Positions 30,001-45,000 of a stretch of DNA of 64,000 bases are shown here, one piece after another. The translations under genes and the position numbers were made by a program. How positions within the stretch are numbered: the first letter of the stretch is position 1; the number at the start of each line of letters is the position of its first letter. Origin of the DNA: Eledone cirrhosa (taxonomy: Eukaryota); assembly GCA_964016885.1 (NCBI GenBank), contig OZ024740.1:364870001-364934000 (forward strand). The letters run 5' to 3'. The notes below the pieces were generated by a model that saw only the letters and a program-made list of their open reading frames with translations, searched no databases and had not been told where the DNA came from.

Positions 30001-33000
30001 TATCCTCCTCCTTCTCTCAACCACAGTCAGTATATGTTCTATATTACTAACAATTGCGCTAAACATATCCTCCCTCTTCTCTCAACCACAGTCAGTATAT
30101 TTTCTATAGTACTAACAATTAGCTAAACATATCCTCCCCTTATCTCAACCAGAGTCAGTATATGTTCTATAGTACTAACAATTAGCTAAACATATCCACC
30201 CCTTCACTCAACCACAGTCAGTATATGTTCTATAGTAATAACAATTAGCTAAACATATCCTCACCCTTCTCTCAACCACAGTCAGTATATGTTCTATAGT
30301 ACTAACAATTAGCTAAACATATCCACCCCTTCTCTCAACCACACTCAGTATATGTTCTATAGTACTGACAATTAGCTAAACATATCCACCCCTTCACTCA
30401 ACCACAGTCAGTATATGTTCTATAGTAATAACAATTAGCTAAACATATCCTCACCCTTCTCTCAACCACAGTCAGTATATGTTCTATAGTACTAACAATT
30501 AGCTAAACATATCCACCCCTTCTCTCAACCACACTCAGTATATGTTCTATAGTACTAACAATTAGCTAAACATATCCACCACTTCACTCAACCACAGTCA
30601 GTATATGTTCTATAGTAATAACAATTAGCTAAACATATCCTCACCCTTCTCTCAACCACAGTCAGTATATGTTCTAAAGTACTAACAATTAGCTAAACAT
30701 ATCCACCCCTTCTCTCAACCACACTCAGTATATGTTCTATAGTACTAACAATTAGCTAAACATATCCTCCTCCTTCTCTCTACCACAGTCAGTATATGTT
30801 CTATACTACTAACAATTAGCTAAACATATCCTCACCTTCTCTCAACCACAGTCAGTATATGTTCTATAGTAATAACAATTAGCTAAACATATCCTCCTCC
30901 TCTCAACCACACTCAGTATATGTTCTATAGTACTAACAATTAGCTAAACATATCCTCCCCTTCTCTCAACCACAGTCAGTATATGTTCTATAGTGCTAAC
31001 AATTAGCTAAACATATCATCCTCCTTCTCTCAACTACAGTCAGTATATGTTCTATAGTACTAACAATTAGCTAAACATATCGTCTTCCTTCTCTCAACCA
31101 CAGTCAGTATATGTTCTATAGTACTAACAATTAGCTAAACATATCCTCCCCCTCCTCTCAACCACAGTCAGTATATGTTCTATAGTAATAACAATTAGCT
31201 AAACATATCCTCACCCTTCTCTCAACCACAGTCAGTATATGTTCTATAGTACTAACAATTAGCTAAACATATCCACCCCTTCTCTCAACCACAGTCAGTA
31301 TATGTTCTATAGTACTAACAATTAGCTAAACATATCCTCCCCTTCTCTCAACCACAGTCAGTATATGTTCTATAGTACTAACAATTAGCTAAACATATCC
31401 TCCTCCTTCTCTCAACCACAGTCAGTATATGTTCTATAGTACTAACAATTAGCTAAACATATCCTCTTCCTTCTCTCAACCACAGTCAGTATATGTTCTA
31501 TAGTACTAACAATTAGCTAAACATATCCTCTTCCTTCTCTGAACCACAGTCAGTATATTTTCTATAGTACTAACAATTAGCTAAACATATCCTCCCCCTT
31601 CTCTTAACCACTGTCAATATATGTCCTATAGTACTAACAATTAGCTAAACATATCCTCCCCCTTCTCACAACTAGAGTCAGAATATGTTCTTTAGTACTA
31701 ACAATTAGCTAAACATATCCTCTTCCTTCTCTTAACCACAGTCAGTATATGTTCTATAGTACTAACAATTAGTTAAACATATCCTCTTCCTTCTCTGAAC
31801 CACATTCAGTATATGTTCTATAGTACTAACAATTAGCTAAACATATCCTCCCCTTCTCTCAATCACAGTCAGTATTTGTTCTATAGTACTAACAATTATC
31901 TAAACATATCCCCCCCTTCTCTCAACCACAGTCAGTATATGTTCTATAGTACTAACAATTAGCTAAACATATCCTCTTCCTTCTCTTAACCACAGTCAGT
32001 ATATGTTCTATAGTACTAACAATTAGCTAAACATATCCTCCCCCTTCTCTCAACCACAGTCAGTATATGTTCTATAGTACTAACAATTAGCTAAACGTAT
32101 CCTCCCCTTCTCTCAATCACAGTCAGTATGTGTTCTACAGTACTAACAATTATCTAAACATATCACCCCCCCTTCTCTCAACCACAGTCAGTATATGTTC
32201 TATAGTACTAACAATTAGCTAAACATATCCTCTTCCTTCTCTCAACTACAGTCAGTATATGTTCTATATTACTAACAATTGCGCTAAACATATCCTCCCT
32301 CTTCTCTCAACCACAGTCAGTATATTTTCTATAGTACTAACAATTAGCTAAACATATCCTCCCCTTATCTCAACCAGAGTCAGTATATGTTCTATAGTAC
32401 TAACAATTAGCTAAACATATCCACCCCTTCACTCAACCACAGTCAGTATATGTTCTATAGTAATAACAATTAGCTAAACATATCCTCACCCTTCTCTCAA
32501 CCACAGTCAGTATATGTTCTATAGTACTAACAATTAGCTAAACATATCCACCCCTTCTCTCAACCACACTCAGTATATGTTCTATAGTACTAACAATTAG
32601 CTAAACATATCCTCCTCCTTCTCTCTACCACAGTCAGTATATGTTCTATACTACTAACAATTAGCTAAACATATCCTCACCTTCTCTCAACCACAGTCAG
32701 TATATGTTGTATAGTAATAACAATTAGCTAAACATATCATCCTCCTTCTCTCAACTACAGTCAGTATATGTTCTATAGTACTAACAATTAGCTAAACATA
32801 TCGTCTTCCTTCTCTCAACCACAGTCAGTATATGTTCTATAGTACTAACAATTAGCTAAACATATCCTCACCCTTCTCTCAACCACAGTCAGTATATTTC
32901 TATAGTACTAACAATTAGCTAAATATATCCTCCTCCTTCTCTCAACCACAGTCAGTATATGTTCTATATTACTAACAATTGCGCTAAACATATCCTCCCT

Positions 33001-36000
33001 CTTCTCTCAACCACAGTCAGTATATTTTCTATAGTACTAACAATTAGCTAAACATATCCTCCCCTTATCTCAACCAGAGTCAGTATATGTTCTATAGTAC
33101 TAACAATTAGCTAAACATATCCACCCCTTCACTCAACCACAGTCAGTATATGTTCTATAGTAATAACAATTAGCTAAACATATCCTCACCCTTCTCTCAA
33201 CCACAGTCAGTATATGTTCTATAGTACTAACAATTAGCTAAACATATCCACCCCTTCTCTCAACCACACTCAGTATATGTTCTATAGTACTAACAATTAG
33301 CTAAACATATCCTCCCCCTCCTCTCAACCACAGTCAGTATATGTTCTATAGTAATAACAATTAGCTAAACATATCCTCACCCTTCTCTCAACCACAGTCA
33401 GTATATGTTCTATAGTACTAACAATTAGCTAAACATATCCACCCCTTCTCTCAACCACAGTCAGTATATGTTCTATAGTACTAACAATTAGCTAAACATA
33501 TCCTCCCCTTCTCTCAACCACAGTCAGTATATGTTCTATAGTACTAACAATTAGCTAAACATATCCTCCTCCTTCTCTCAACCACAGTCAGTATATGTTC
33601 TATAGTACTAACAATTAGCTAAACATATCCTCTTCCTTCTCTCAACCACAGTCAGTATATGTTCTATAGTACTAACAATTAGCTAAACATATCCTCTTCC
33701 TTCTCTGAACCACAGTCAGTATATTTTCTATAGTACTAACAATTAGCTAAACATATCCTCCCCCTTCTCTTAACCACAGTCAATATATGTCCTATAGTAC
33801 TAACAATTAGCTAAACATATCCTCCCCCTTCTCACAACTAGAGTCAGAATATGTTCTTTAGTACTAACAATTAGCTAAACATATCCTCTTCCTTCTCTTA
33901 ACCACAGTCAGTATATGTTCTATAGTACTAACAATTAGTTAAACATATCCTCTTCCTTCTCTGAACCACATTCAGTATAATGTTCTATAGTACTAACAAT
34001 TAGCTAAACATATCCTCCCCTTCTCTCAATCACAGTCAGTATTTGTTCTATAGTACTAACAATTATCTAAACATATCCCCCCCTTCTCTCAACCACAGTC
34101 AGTATATGTTCTATAGTACTAACAATTAGCTAAACATATCCTCTTCCTTCTCTTAACCACAGTCAGTATATGTTCTATAGTACTAACAATTAGCTAAACA
34201 TATCCTCCCCCTTCTCTCAACCACAGTCAGTATATGTTCTATAGTACTAACAATTAGCTAAACGTATCCTCCCCTTCTCTCAATCACAGTCAGTATGTGT
34301 TCTACAGTACTAACAATTATCTAAACATATCACCCCCCCTTCTCTCAACCACAGTCAGTATATGTTCTATAGTACTAACAATTAGCTAAACATATCCTCT
34401 TCCTTCTCTCAACTACAGTCAGTATATGTTCTATAGTACTAACAATTTGTTAAACATATCCTCCTCCTTCTCTCAATCACAGTCAGTATTTGTTCTATAG
34501 TACTAACAATTATCTAAACATATCCTCCCCCTTCTCTAAACCACAGTCAGTATATGTTCTATAGTACTAACAATTAGCTAAACATATCCTCTTCCTTCTC
34601 TGAACCACAGTCAGTATATTTTCTATAGTACTAACAATTAGCTAAACATATCCTCCCCCTTCTCTCAACCACAGTCAATATATGTCCTATAGTACTAACA
34701 ATTAGCTAAACATATCCTCCCCCTTCTCACAACTAGAGTCAGAATATGTTCTATAGTACTAACAATTAGCTAAACATATCCTCCCCTTCTCTCAACCACA
34801 GTCAGTATATGTTCTATAGTACTAACAATTAGCTAAACATATCCTCCCCTTCTCTCAACCACAGTCAGTATATGTTCTATAGTACTAACAATTAGCTAAA
34901 CATATCCTCCCCCTTCTCTTAACCACAGTCAATATATGTTCTATAGTACTAACAATTAGCTAAACATATCCTCCCCCTTCTCTCCACTAGAGTCAGAATA
35001 TGTTCTATTGTACTAACAATTAGCTAAACATATCCTCCCCTTCTCTCAACCACAGTCAGTATATGTTCTATAGTACTAACAATTAGCTAAACATATCCTC
35101 CCCTTCTCTCAACCACAGTCAGTATATGTTCTATAGTACTAACAATTAGCTAAACATATCCTCCCCTTCTCTCAACTACAGTCAGTATATGTTCTATAGT
35201 ACTAACAATTAGCTAAACATATCCTCCTCCTTCTCTCAACCACAGTCAGTATATGTTCTATAGTACTAACAATTAGATAAACATATCCTCCGCATCTCTC
35301 AACCACAGTCAGTATATGTTCTATAGTACTAACAATTAGATAAACATATCCTCCCATCTCTCAACCACAGTCAGTATATGTTCTATAGTACTAACAATTA
35401 GCTAAACATATCCTCTTCCTTCTCTCAACCACAGTCAGTATATGTTCTATAGTACTAACAATTAGCTAAACATATCCTCTTCCTTCTCTCAACCACAGTC
35501 AGTATATGTTCTATAGTACTAACAATTAGCTAAACATATCCTCCCCATCACTCAACCACAGTCAGTATATGTTCTATAGTACTAACAATTAGATAAACAT
35601 ATCCTCCCCTTCTCTCAACCACAGTCAGTATATGTTCTATAGTACTAACAATTAGATAAACATATCCTCCCCTTCTCTCAACCACAGTCAGTATATGTTC
35701 TATAGTACTAACAATTAGATAAACATATCCTCCTCCTTCCCTCAACCACAGTCAGTAATTGTTCGATAGTACTTATAATTAGCCAAATATATCCTCCCCC
35801 TTCTCTCAACCACAGTCTGTATATGTTCTATAGTACTAACAATTAGCTAAACATATCCTCCCCCTTCTCTCAACCACAGTCAGTATATGTTCTATACTAC
35901 TAACAATTAGCTAAACATATCCTCTTCCTTCTCTCAACCACAGTCTGTATATGTTCTATAATACTAACAATTAACTAAACATATCCTCCCCCTTCTCTCA

Positions 36001-39000
36001 ACCACAGTCTGTATATGTTCTATAGTACTAACAATTAGCTAAACATATCCTCCCTTTCTCTCAACCACAGTCAGTATATATTCTATAGTACTAACAATTA
36101 GCTAAACATATCCTCACCTTCTCACAACCACAGTCAGTATATGTTCTATAGTACTAACGATTAGCTAAACATATCCTCTTCCTTCTTTCAACCACAGTCA
36201 GTATATGTTTTATAGTACTAACGATTAGCTAAAGATATCCTCTTCCTTCTTTCAACCACAGTCAGTATATGTTTTATAGTACTAACAATTAGCTAAACAT
36301 ATCCTCCTTCTTCTCTCAACCACAGTCAGTATATGTTCTATAGTACTAACAATTAACTAAACATATCCTTCCCCTCCTCTCAACCACAGTCAGTATATGT
36401 TCTATAGTACTAACAATTAGCTAAACATATCCTCCTCCTTCTCTCAACCACAGTCAGTATATTTTCTATAGTACTAACAATTGCGCTAAACATATCCTCC
36501 CCCATCTCTCAACCACAGTCAGTATATGTTCTATAGTACTAACAATTAGCTAAACATATCCTCCTCCTTCGCTCAGCCACAGTCAGTATATGTTCTATAA
36601 TACTAACAATTAGCTAAACATATCCTCCCCTTCTCTCAATCACAGTCAGTATATGTTCTATAGTACTAACAATTAGATAAACATATCCTCATCTTTCTCT
36701 AAACCACAGTCAGTATATGTTCTATAGTACTAACAATTAGCTAAACATATCCTGCTCCTTCTCTCAACTACAGTCAGTATATGTTCTATAGTACTAACAA
36801 ATAGCTAAACATATCCTCATCCTTCTCTAAACCACAGTCAGTATATGTTCTATAGTACTAACAATTAGCTAAACATATCCTCCTCCTTCCCTCAACCACA
36901 GTCAGTATTTGTTCTATAGTACTAACAATTATCTAAACATATCCCCCCCCTTTTCTTAACCACAGTCAGTATATGTTCTATAGTACTAACAATTAGCTAA
37001 ACATATCCTCTTCCTTCTCTCAACCACTGTCAGTATATGTACTATAGTACTAACAATTAGCTAAACATATCCTCCTCCTTCTCTCAACCACAGTCAGTAT
37101 ATGTTCTATAGTACTAACAATTAGCTAAACATATCCTCCTCCTTCTCTCAACCACAGTCAGTATATGTTCTATGGTACTAACAATTAGCTAAACATATCC
37201 TCCTTCTCTCAACCACAGTCAGTATATGTTCTATAGTACTAACAATTAGCTAAACATATCCTCCTCCTTCTCTCAACCACAGTCAGTATATGTTCTATAG
37301 TACTAACAATTAGCTAAACATATCCTCCTTCTCTCAACCACAGTCAGTATATGTTCTATAGTACTAACAATTAGCTAAACATATCCTCCCCCTTCTCTCA
37401 ACCACAGTCAGTATATGTTCTATACTACTAACAATTAGCTAAACATATCCTCCCCCTTCTCTCAACTACAGTCAGTATATGTTCTATAGTACTAACAATT
37501 ATCTAAACATATCCTCCCCCTTCTCTCAACCACAGTCAGTATATGTTCTATACTAACAATTAGCTAAACATATCCACCCCCTTCTCTCAACCACAGTCAG
37601 TATATGTTCTATAGTACTAACAATTAGCTAAACATATCCTCCCCTTCTCTCAGCCACAGTCAGTATATGTTCTATAGTACTAACAATTAGCTAAACATAT
37701 CCTCCCCCTTCTCTTAACCACAGTCAATATAAGTTCTATAGTACTAACAATTAGCTAAACATATACTCTTCCTTCTCTCAACCACAGTCAGTATATGTTC
37801 TATAGTACTAACAATTAGATAAACATATCCTTCCCATCTCTCAACCACAGTCAGTATATGTTCTATAGTACTAACAATTAGATAAACATATCCTCCCCAT
37901 CTCTCAACCACAGTCAGTATATGTTCTATAGTACTAACAATTAGCTAAACATATCCCCTTCCTTCTCTCAACCACAGTCAGTATATGTTCTATAGTACTA
38001 ACAATTAGCTAAACATATCCTCTTCCTTCTCTCAACCACAGTCAGTATATGTTCTATAGTACTAACAATTAGCTAAACATATCCTCCCCATCTCTCAACC
38101 ACAGTCAGTATATGTTCTATAGTACTAACAATTAGATAAACATATCCTCCCCTTCTCTCAACCACAGTCAGTATATGTTCTATAGTACTAACAATTAGAT
38201 AAACATATCCTCCCCTTCTCTCAACCACAGTCAGTATATTTTCTATAGTAATAACAATTAGTTAAACATATCCTCCTCCTTCCCTCAACCACAGTCAGTA
38301 ATTGTTCGATAGTACTAACAATTAGCTAAACATATCCTCCCCCTTCTCTCAACCACAGTCTGTATATGTTCTATAGTACTAACAATTAGCTAAACATATC
38401 CTCCCCCTTCTCTCAACCACAGTCAGTATATGTTCTATAGTACTAACAATTAGCTAAACATATCCTCTTCCTTCTCTCAACCACAGTCAGTATATGTTCT
38501 ATAGTACTAACAATTAGCTAAACATATCCTCCCCCTTCTCTCAACCATAGTCAGTATATGTTCTATAGTACTAACAATTAGCTAAACATATCCTCCCTTT
38601 CTATCAACCACAGTCAGTATATGTTCTATAGTACTAACAATTTGCTAAACATATCCTCCCCTTCTCACAACCACAGTCAGTATATGTTCTATAGTACTAA
38701 CGATTAGCTAAACATATCCTCCTCCTTCTCTCAACCACAGTCAGTATATTTTCTATAGTACTAACAATTGCGCTAAACATATTCTCCCCCTTCTCTCAAC
38801 CACAGTCAGTATATATTCTATAGTACTAACAAGTAGCTAAACATATCCTCCCCTTATCTCAACCACAGTCAGTATATGTTCTATAGTACTAACAATTAGC
38901 TAAACATATCCTCCCCTTACCTCAACCACAGTCAGTATATGTTCTATAGTACTAACAATTAGCTAAACATATCCTCCTCCTTCTCTCAACCACAGTCAGT

Positions 39001-42000
39001 ATATTTTCTATAGTACTAACAATTGCGCTAAACATATCCTCCGCCTTCTCTCAACCACAGTCAGTATATGTTCTATAGTACTAACAATTAGCTAAACATA
39101 TCCTCCCCTTATCTCAACCACAGTCAGTATATGGTCTATAGTACTAACAATTAGCTAAACATATCCTCCTCCTTCTCTCAACCACAGTCAGTATATGTTC
39201 TATAGTACTAACGATTAGCTAAACATATCCTCCCCTTATCTCAACCACAGTCAGTATATGTTCTATAGTACTAACAATTAGCTAAACATATCCTCTTCCT
39301 TCACTCAACCACACTCAGTATATGTTCTATAGTACTAACAATTAGCTAAACATATCCTCCCCTTCTCTCAACCACAGTCAGTATATGTTCTATAGTACTA
39401 ACAATTTGCTAAACATATCCACCCCTTCTCTCAACCACAGTCAGTATATGTTCTATAGTAATAACAATTAGCTAAACATATCCTCTTCCTTCTCTGAACC
39501 ACAGTCAGTATATGTTCTATAGTACTAACAATTAGCTAAACATATCCTCCCCTTCTCTCAATCACAGTCAGTATTTGTTCTATAGTACTAACAATTATCT
39601 AAACATATCCCCCCCCCCCTTCTCTCAACCACAGTCAGTATATGTTCTATAGTACTAACAATTAGCTAAACATATCCTCTTCCTTCTCTCAACTACAGTC
39701 AGTATATGTTCTATAGTACTAACAATTTGTTAAACATATCCTCCTCCTTCTCTCAAACACAGTCAGTATTTGTTCTATAGTACTAACAATTATCTAAACA
39801 TATCCTCCCCCTTCTCTAAACCACAGTCAGTATATGTTCTATAGTACTAACAATTAGCTAAACATATTCTCTTCCTTCTCTGAACCACAGTCAGTATATT
39901 TTCTATAGTACTAACAATTAGCTAAACATATACTCTTCCTTCTCTCAACCACAGTCAGTATATGTTCTATAGTACTAACAACTAGCTAAACATATCCTCC
40001 CCCTTCTCTCAACCACAGTCAGTATATGTTCTATAGTACTAACAATTAGCTAAACATATCCTCATCCTTCTCTAAACCACAGTCAGTATATGTTCTATAG
40101 TACTAACAATTAGCAAAACATATCCTCCTCCTTCCCTCAACCACAGTCAGTATTTGTTCTATAGTACTAACAATTATCTAAACATATCCCCCCCCCTTTT
40201 CTCAACCACAGTCAGTATATGTTCTATAGTACTAACAATTAGCTAAACATATCCTCTTCCTTCTCTCAACCACTGTCAGTATATGTACTATAGTACTAAC
40301 AATTAGCTAAACATATCCTCCTCCTTCTCTCAACCACAGTCAGTATATGTTCTATAGTACTAACAATTAGCTAAACATATCCTCCTCCTTCTCTCAACCA
40401 CAGTCAGTATATGTTCTATGGTACTAACAATTAGCTAAACATATCCTCCTTCTCTCAACCACAGTCAGTATATGTTCTATAGTACTAACAATTAGCTAAA
40501 CATATCCTCCTCCTTCTCTCAACCACAGTCAGTATATGTTCTATAGTACTAACAATTAGCTAAACATATCCTCCTTCTCTCAACCACAGTCAGTATATGT
40601 TCTATAGTACTAACAATTAGCTAAACATATCCTCCCCCTTCTCTCAACCACAGTCAGCATATGTTCTATACTACTAACAATTAGCTAAACATATCCTCCC
40701 CCTTCTCTCAACTACAGTCAGTATATGTTCTATAGTACTAACAATTATCTAAACATATCCTCCCCCTTCTCTCAACCACAGTCAGTATATGTTCTATACT
40801 AACAATTAGCTAAACATATCCTCCCCCTTCTCTCAACCACAGTCAGTATATGTTCTATAGTACTAACAATTAGCTAAACATATCCTCCCCTTCTCTCAGC
40901 CACAGTCAGTATATGTTCTATAGTACTAACAATTAGCTAAACATATCCTCCCCCTTCTCTTAACCACAGTCAATATATGTTCTATAGTACTAACAATTAG
41001 CTAAACATATCCTCCCCCTTCTCTCAACTACAGTCAGTATATGTTCTATAGTACTAACAATTAGCTAAACATATCCTCCCCTTCTCTCAACCACAGTCAG
41101 TATATGTTCTATAGTACTAACAATTAGCTAAACATATACTCTTCCTTCTCTCAACCACAGTCAGTATATGTTCTATAGTACTAACAATTAGATAAACATA
41201 TCCTCCCCATCTCTCAACCACAGTCAGTATATGTTCTATAGTACTAACAATTAGCTAAACATATCCTCTTCCTTCACTCAACCACAGTCAGTATATGTTC
41301 TATAGTACTAACAATTAGCTAAACATATCCTCCTCCTTCTCTCAACCACAGTCAGTATATGTTCTATAGTACTAAAAATTAGCTAAACATATCCTCTTCC
41401 TTCTCTCAACCACAGTCAGTATATGTTCTATAGTACTAACAATTAGCTAAACATATCCTCCTCCTTCTCTCAACCACAGTCAGTATATGTTCTATAGTAC
41501 TAACAATTAGTTAAACATATCCTCCTCCTTCCCTCAACCACAGTCAGTAATTGTTCGATAGTACTAACAATTAGCTAAACATATCCTCCCCCTTCTCTCA
41601 ACCACAGTCAGTATATGTTCTATACTACTAACAATTAGCTAAACATATCCTCCCCCTTCTCTCAACTACAGTCATTATATGTTCTCTAGTACTAACAATT
41701 AGCTAAACATATCCTCCTCCTTCTCTCAACCACAGTCAGTATATGTTCTATAGTACTAACAATTAGCTAAACATATCCTCCCCTTCTGTCAATCATAGTC
41801 AGTATATGTTCTATAGTACTAACAATTAGCTAAACATATCCTCCTCCTTCTCTCAACCACAGTCAGTATATGTTCTATAGTACTAACAATTAGCTAAACA
41901 TATCCTCCCCCTTCGCTCAACCACAGTCAGTATATGTTCTATAGTACTAACAATTAACTAAACATATCCTCTTCCTTCTCTCAACCACAGTCAGTATATG

Positions 42001-45000
42001 TTCTATAGTACTAACAATTAGCTAAACTTATCCTCCCCCTTCTCTCAACCACAGTCAGTATATGTTCTATAGTACTAACAATTAGCTAAACATATCCTCC
42101 CCTTATCTCAACCACAGTCAGTATATGTTCTATAGTACTAACAATTTGCTAAACATATCCTCGCCTTCTCACAACCACAGTCAGTATATGTTCTATAGTA
42201 CTAACAATTAGCTAAACATATCCTCTTCCTTCTTTCAACCACAGTCAGTATATGTTCTATAGAACTAACAATTAGCTAAACATATCCTCCTTCTTCTCTC
42301 AACCTCAGTCAGTATATGTTCTATAGTACTAACAATTAACTAAACATATCGTTTCCCTCCTCTCAACCACAGTCAGTATATGTTCTATAGTACTAACAAT
42401 TAGCTAAACATATCCTCCTCCTTCTCTCAACCACAGTCAGTATATTTTCTATAGTACTAACAATTGCGCTAAACATATCCTCCCCCTTCTCTCAACCACA
42501 GTCAGTATATGTTCTATAGTACTAACAATTAGCTAAACATATCCTCCCCTTATCTCAACCACAGTCAGTATATGTTCTATAGTACTAACAATTAGCTAAA
42601 CATATCCTCCCCTTATCTCAACCACAGTCAGTATATGTTCTATAGTACTAACAATTAGCTAAACATATCCTCCCCTTATCTCAACCACAGTCAGTATATG
42701 TTCTATAGTACTAACAATTAGCTAAACATATCCTCTTCCTTCACTCAACCACACTCAGTATATGTTCTATAGTACTAACAATTAGCTAAACATATCCTCC
42801 CCTTCTCTCAACCACAGTCAGTATATGTTCTATAGTACTAACAATTAGCTAAACATATCCACCCCTTCTCTCAACCACAGTCAGTATATGTTCTATAGTA
42901 CTAACAATTAGCTAAACATATCCTCTTCCTTCTCTGAACCACAGTCAGTATATGTTCTATAGTACTAACAATTAGTTAAACATATCCTCTTCCTTCTCTG
43001 AACCACAGTCAGTATATGTTCTATAGTACTAACAATTAGCTAAACATATCCTCCCCTTCTCTCAATCACAGTCAGTATTTGTTCTATAGTACTAACAATT
43101 ATCTAAACATATCCCCCCCCTTCTCTCAACCACAGTCAGTATATGTTCTATAGTACTAACAATTAGCTAAACATATCCTCTTCCTTCTCTGAACCACAGT
43201 CAGTATATTTTCTATAGTACTAACAATTAGCTAAACATATACTCTTCCTTCTCTCAACCACAGTCAGTATATGTTCTATAGTACTAACAATTAGCTAAAC
43301 ATATCCTCCCCCTTCTCTCAACCACAGTCAGTATATGTTCTATAGTACTAACAATTAGCTAAACATATCCTCCCCTTCTCTCAATCACAGTCAGTATTTG
43401 TTCTATAGTACTAACAATTATCTAAACATATCCCCCCCCTTCTCTCAACCACAGTCAGTATATGTTCTATAGTACTAACAATTAGCTAAACATATCCTCT
43501 TCCTTCTCTGAACCACAGTCAGTATATTTTCTATAGTACTAACAATTAGCTAAACATATACTCTTCCTTCTCTCAACCACAGTCAGTATATGTTCTATAG
43601 TACTAACAATTAGCTAAACATATCCTCCCCCTTCTCTCAACCACAGTCAGTATATGTTCTATAGTACTAACAATTAGCTAAACATATACTCTTCCTTCTC
43701 TCAACCACAGTCAGTATATGTTCTATAGTACTAACAATTAGCTAAACATATCCTCCCCTTCTCTCAGCCACAGTCAGTATATGTTCTATAGTTCTAACAA
43801 TTAGCTAAACATATACTCTTCCTTCTCTCAACCACAGTCAGTATATGTTCTATAGTACTAACAATTAGCTAAACATATCCTCCCCTTCTCTCAACCGCAG
43901 TCAGTATATGTTCTATAGTACTAACAATTAGATAAACATATCCTCCCCTTCTCTCAACCACAGTCAGTATATGTTCTATAGTACTAACAATTAGCTAAAC
44001 ATATCCTCCCCCTTCTCTCAACCACAGTCAGTATATGTTCTATAGTACTAACAATTAGCTAAACATATACTCTTCCTTCTCTCAACCACAGTCAGTATAT
44101 GTTCTATAGTACTAACAATTAGCTAAACATATCCTCCCCTTCTCTCAGCCACAGTCAGTATATGTTCTATAGTTCTAACAATTAGCTAAACATATACTCT
44201 TCCTTCTCTCAACCACAGTCAGTATATGTTCTATAGTACTAACAATTAGCTAAACATATCCTCCCCTTCTCTCAACCACAGTCAGTATATGTTCTATAGT
44301 ACTAACAATTAGATAAACATATCCTCCCCTTCTCTCAACCACAGTCAGTATATGTTCTATAGTACTAACAATTAGTTAAACATATCCTCTTCCTTCTCTC
44401 AACCACAGTCAGTATATGTTCTATAGTACTAACAATTAGCTAAACATATCCTCCTCCTTCTCTCAACCACAGTCAGTATATGTTCTATAGTACTAACAAT
44501 TAGCTAAACATATCCTCCCCCTTCTCTCAACCACAGTCAGTATATGTTCTATAGTACTAACAATTAGCTAAACATATACTCTTCCTTCTCTCAACCACAG
44601 TCAGTATATGTTCTATAGGACTAACAATTAGCTAAACATATCCTCCCCTTCTCTCAACCACAGTCAGTATATGTTCTATAGTACTAACAATTAGATAAAC
44701 ATATCCTCCCCTTCTCTCAACCACAGTCAGTATATGTTCTATAGTACTAACAATTAGCTAAACATATCCTCTTCCTTCTCTCAACCACAGTCAGTATATG
44801 TTCTATAGTACTAACAATTAGCTAAACATATCCTCCTCCTTCTCTCAACCACAGTCAGTATATGTTCTATAGTACTAATAATTAGTTAAACATATCCTCC
44901 TCCTCCCCTCAACCACAGTCAGTATATGTTCTATAGTACTAACAATTAGCTAAACATATCCTCCTCCTTCTCTCAACCACAGTCAGTATATGTTCTATAG

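Noticed and set aside
35548-35745. ORF with 21-aa repeat VERRGGYVYLIVSTIEHILTV
   Set aside because: Arises where consecutive 63-bp monomers carry the AGAT variant that removes the single stop. Elsewhere stops and 64-bp frameshifting monomers break the frame.
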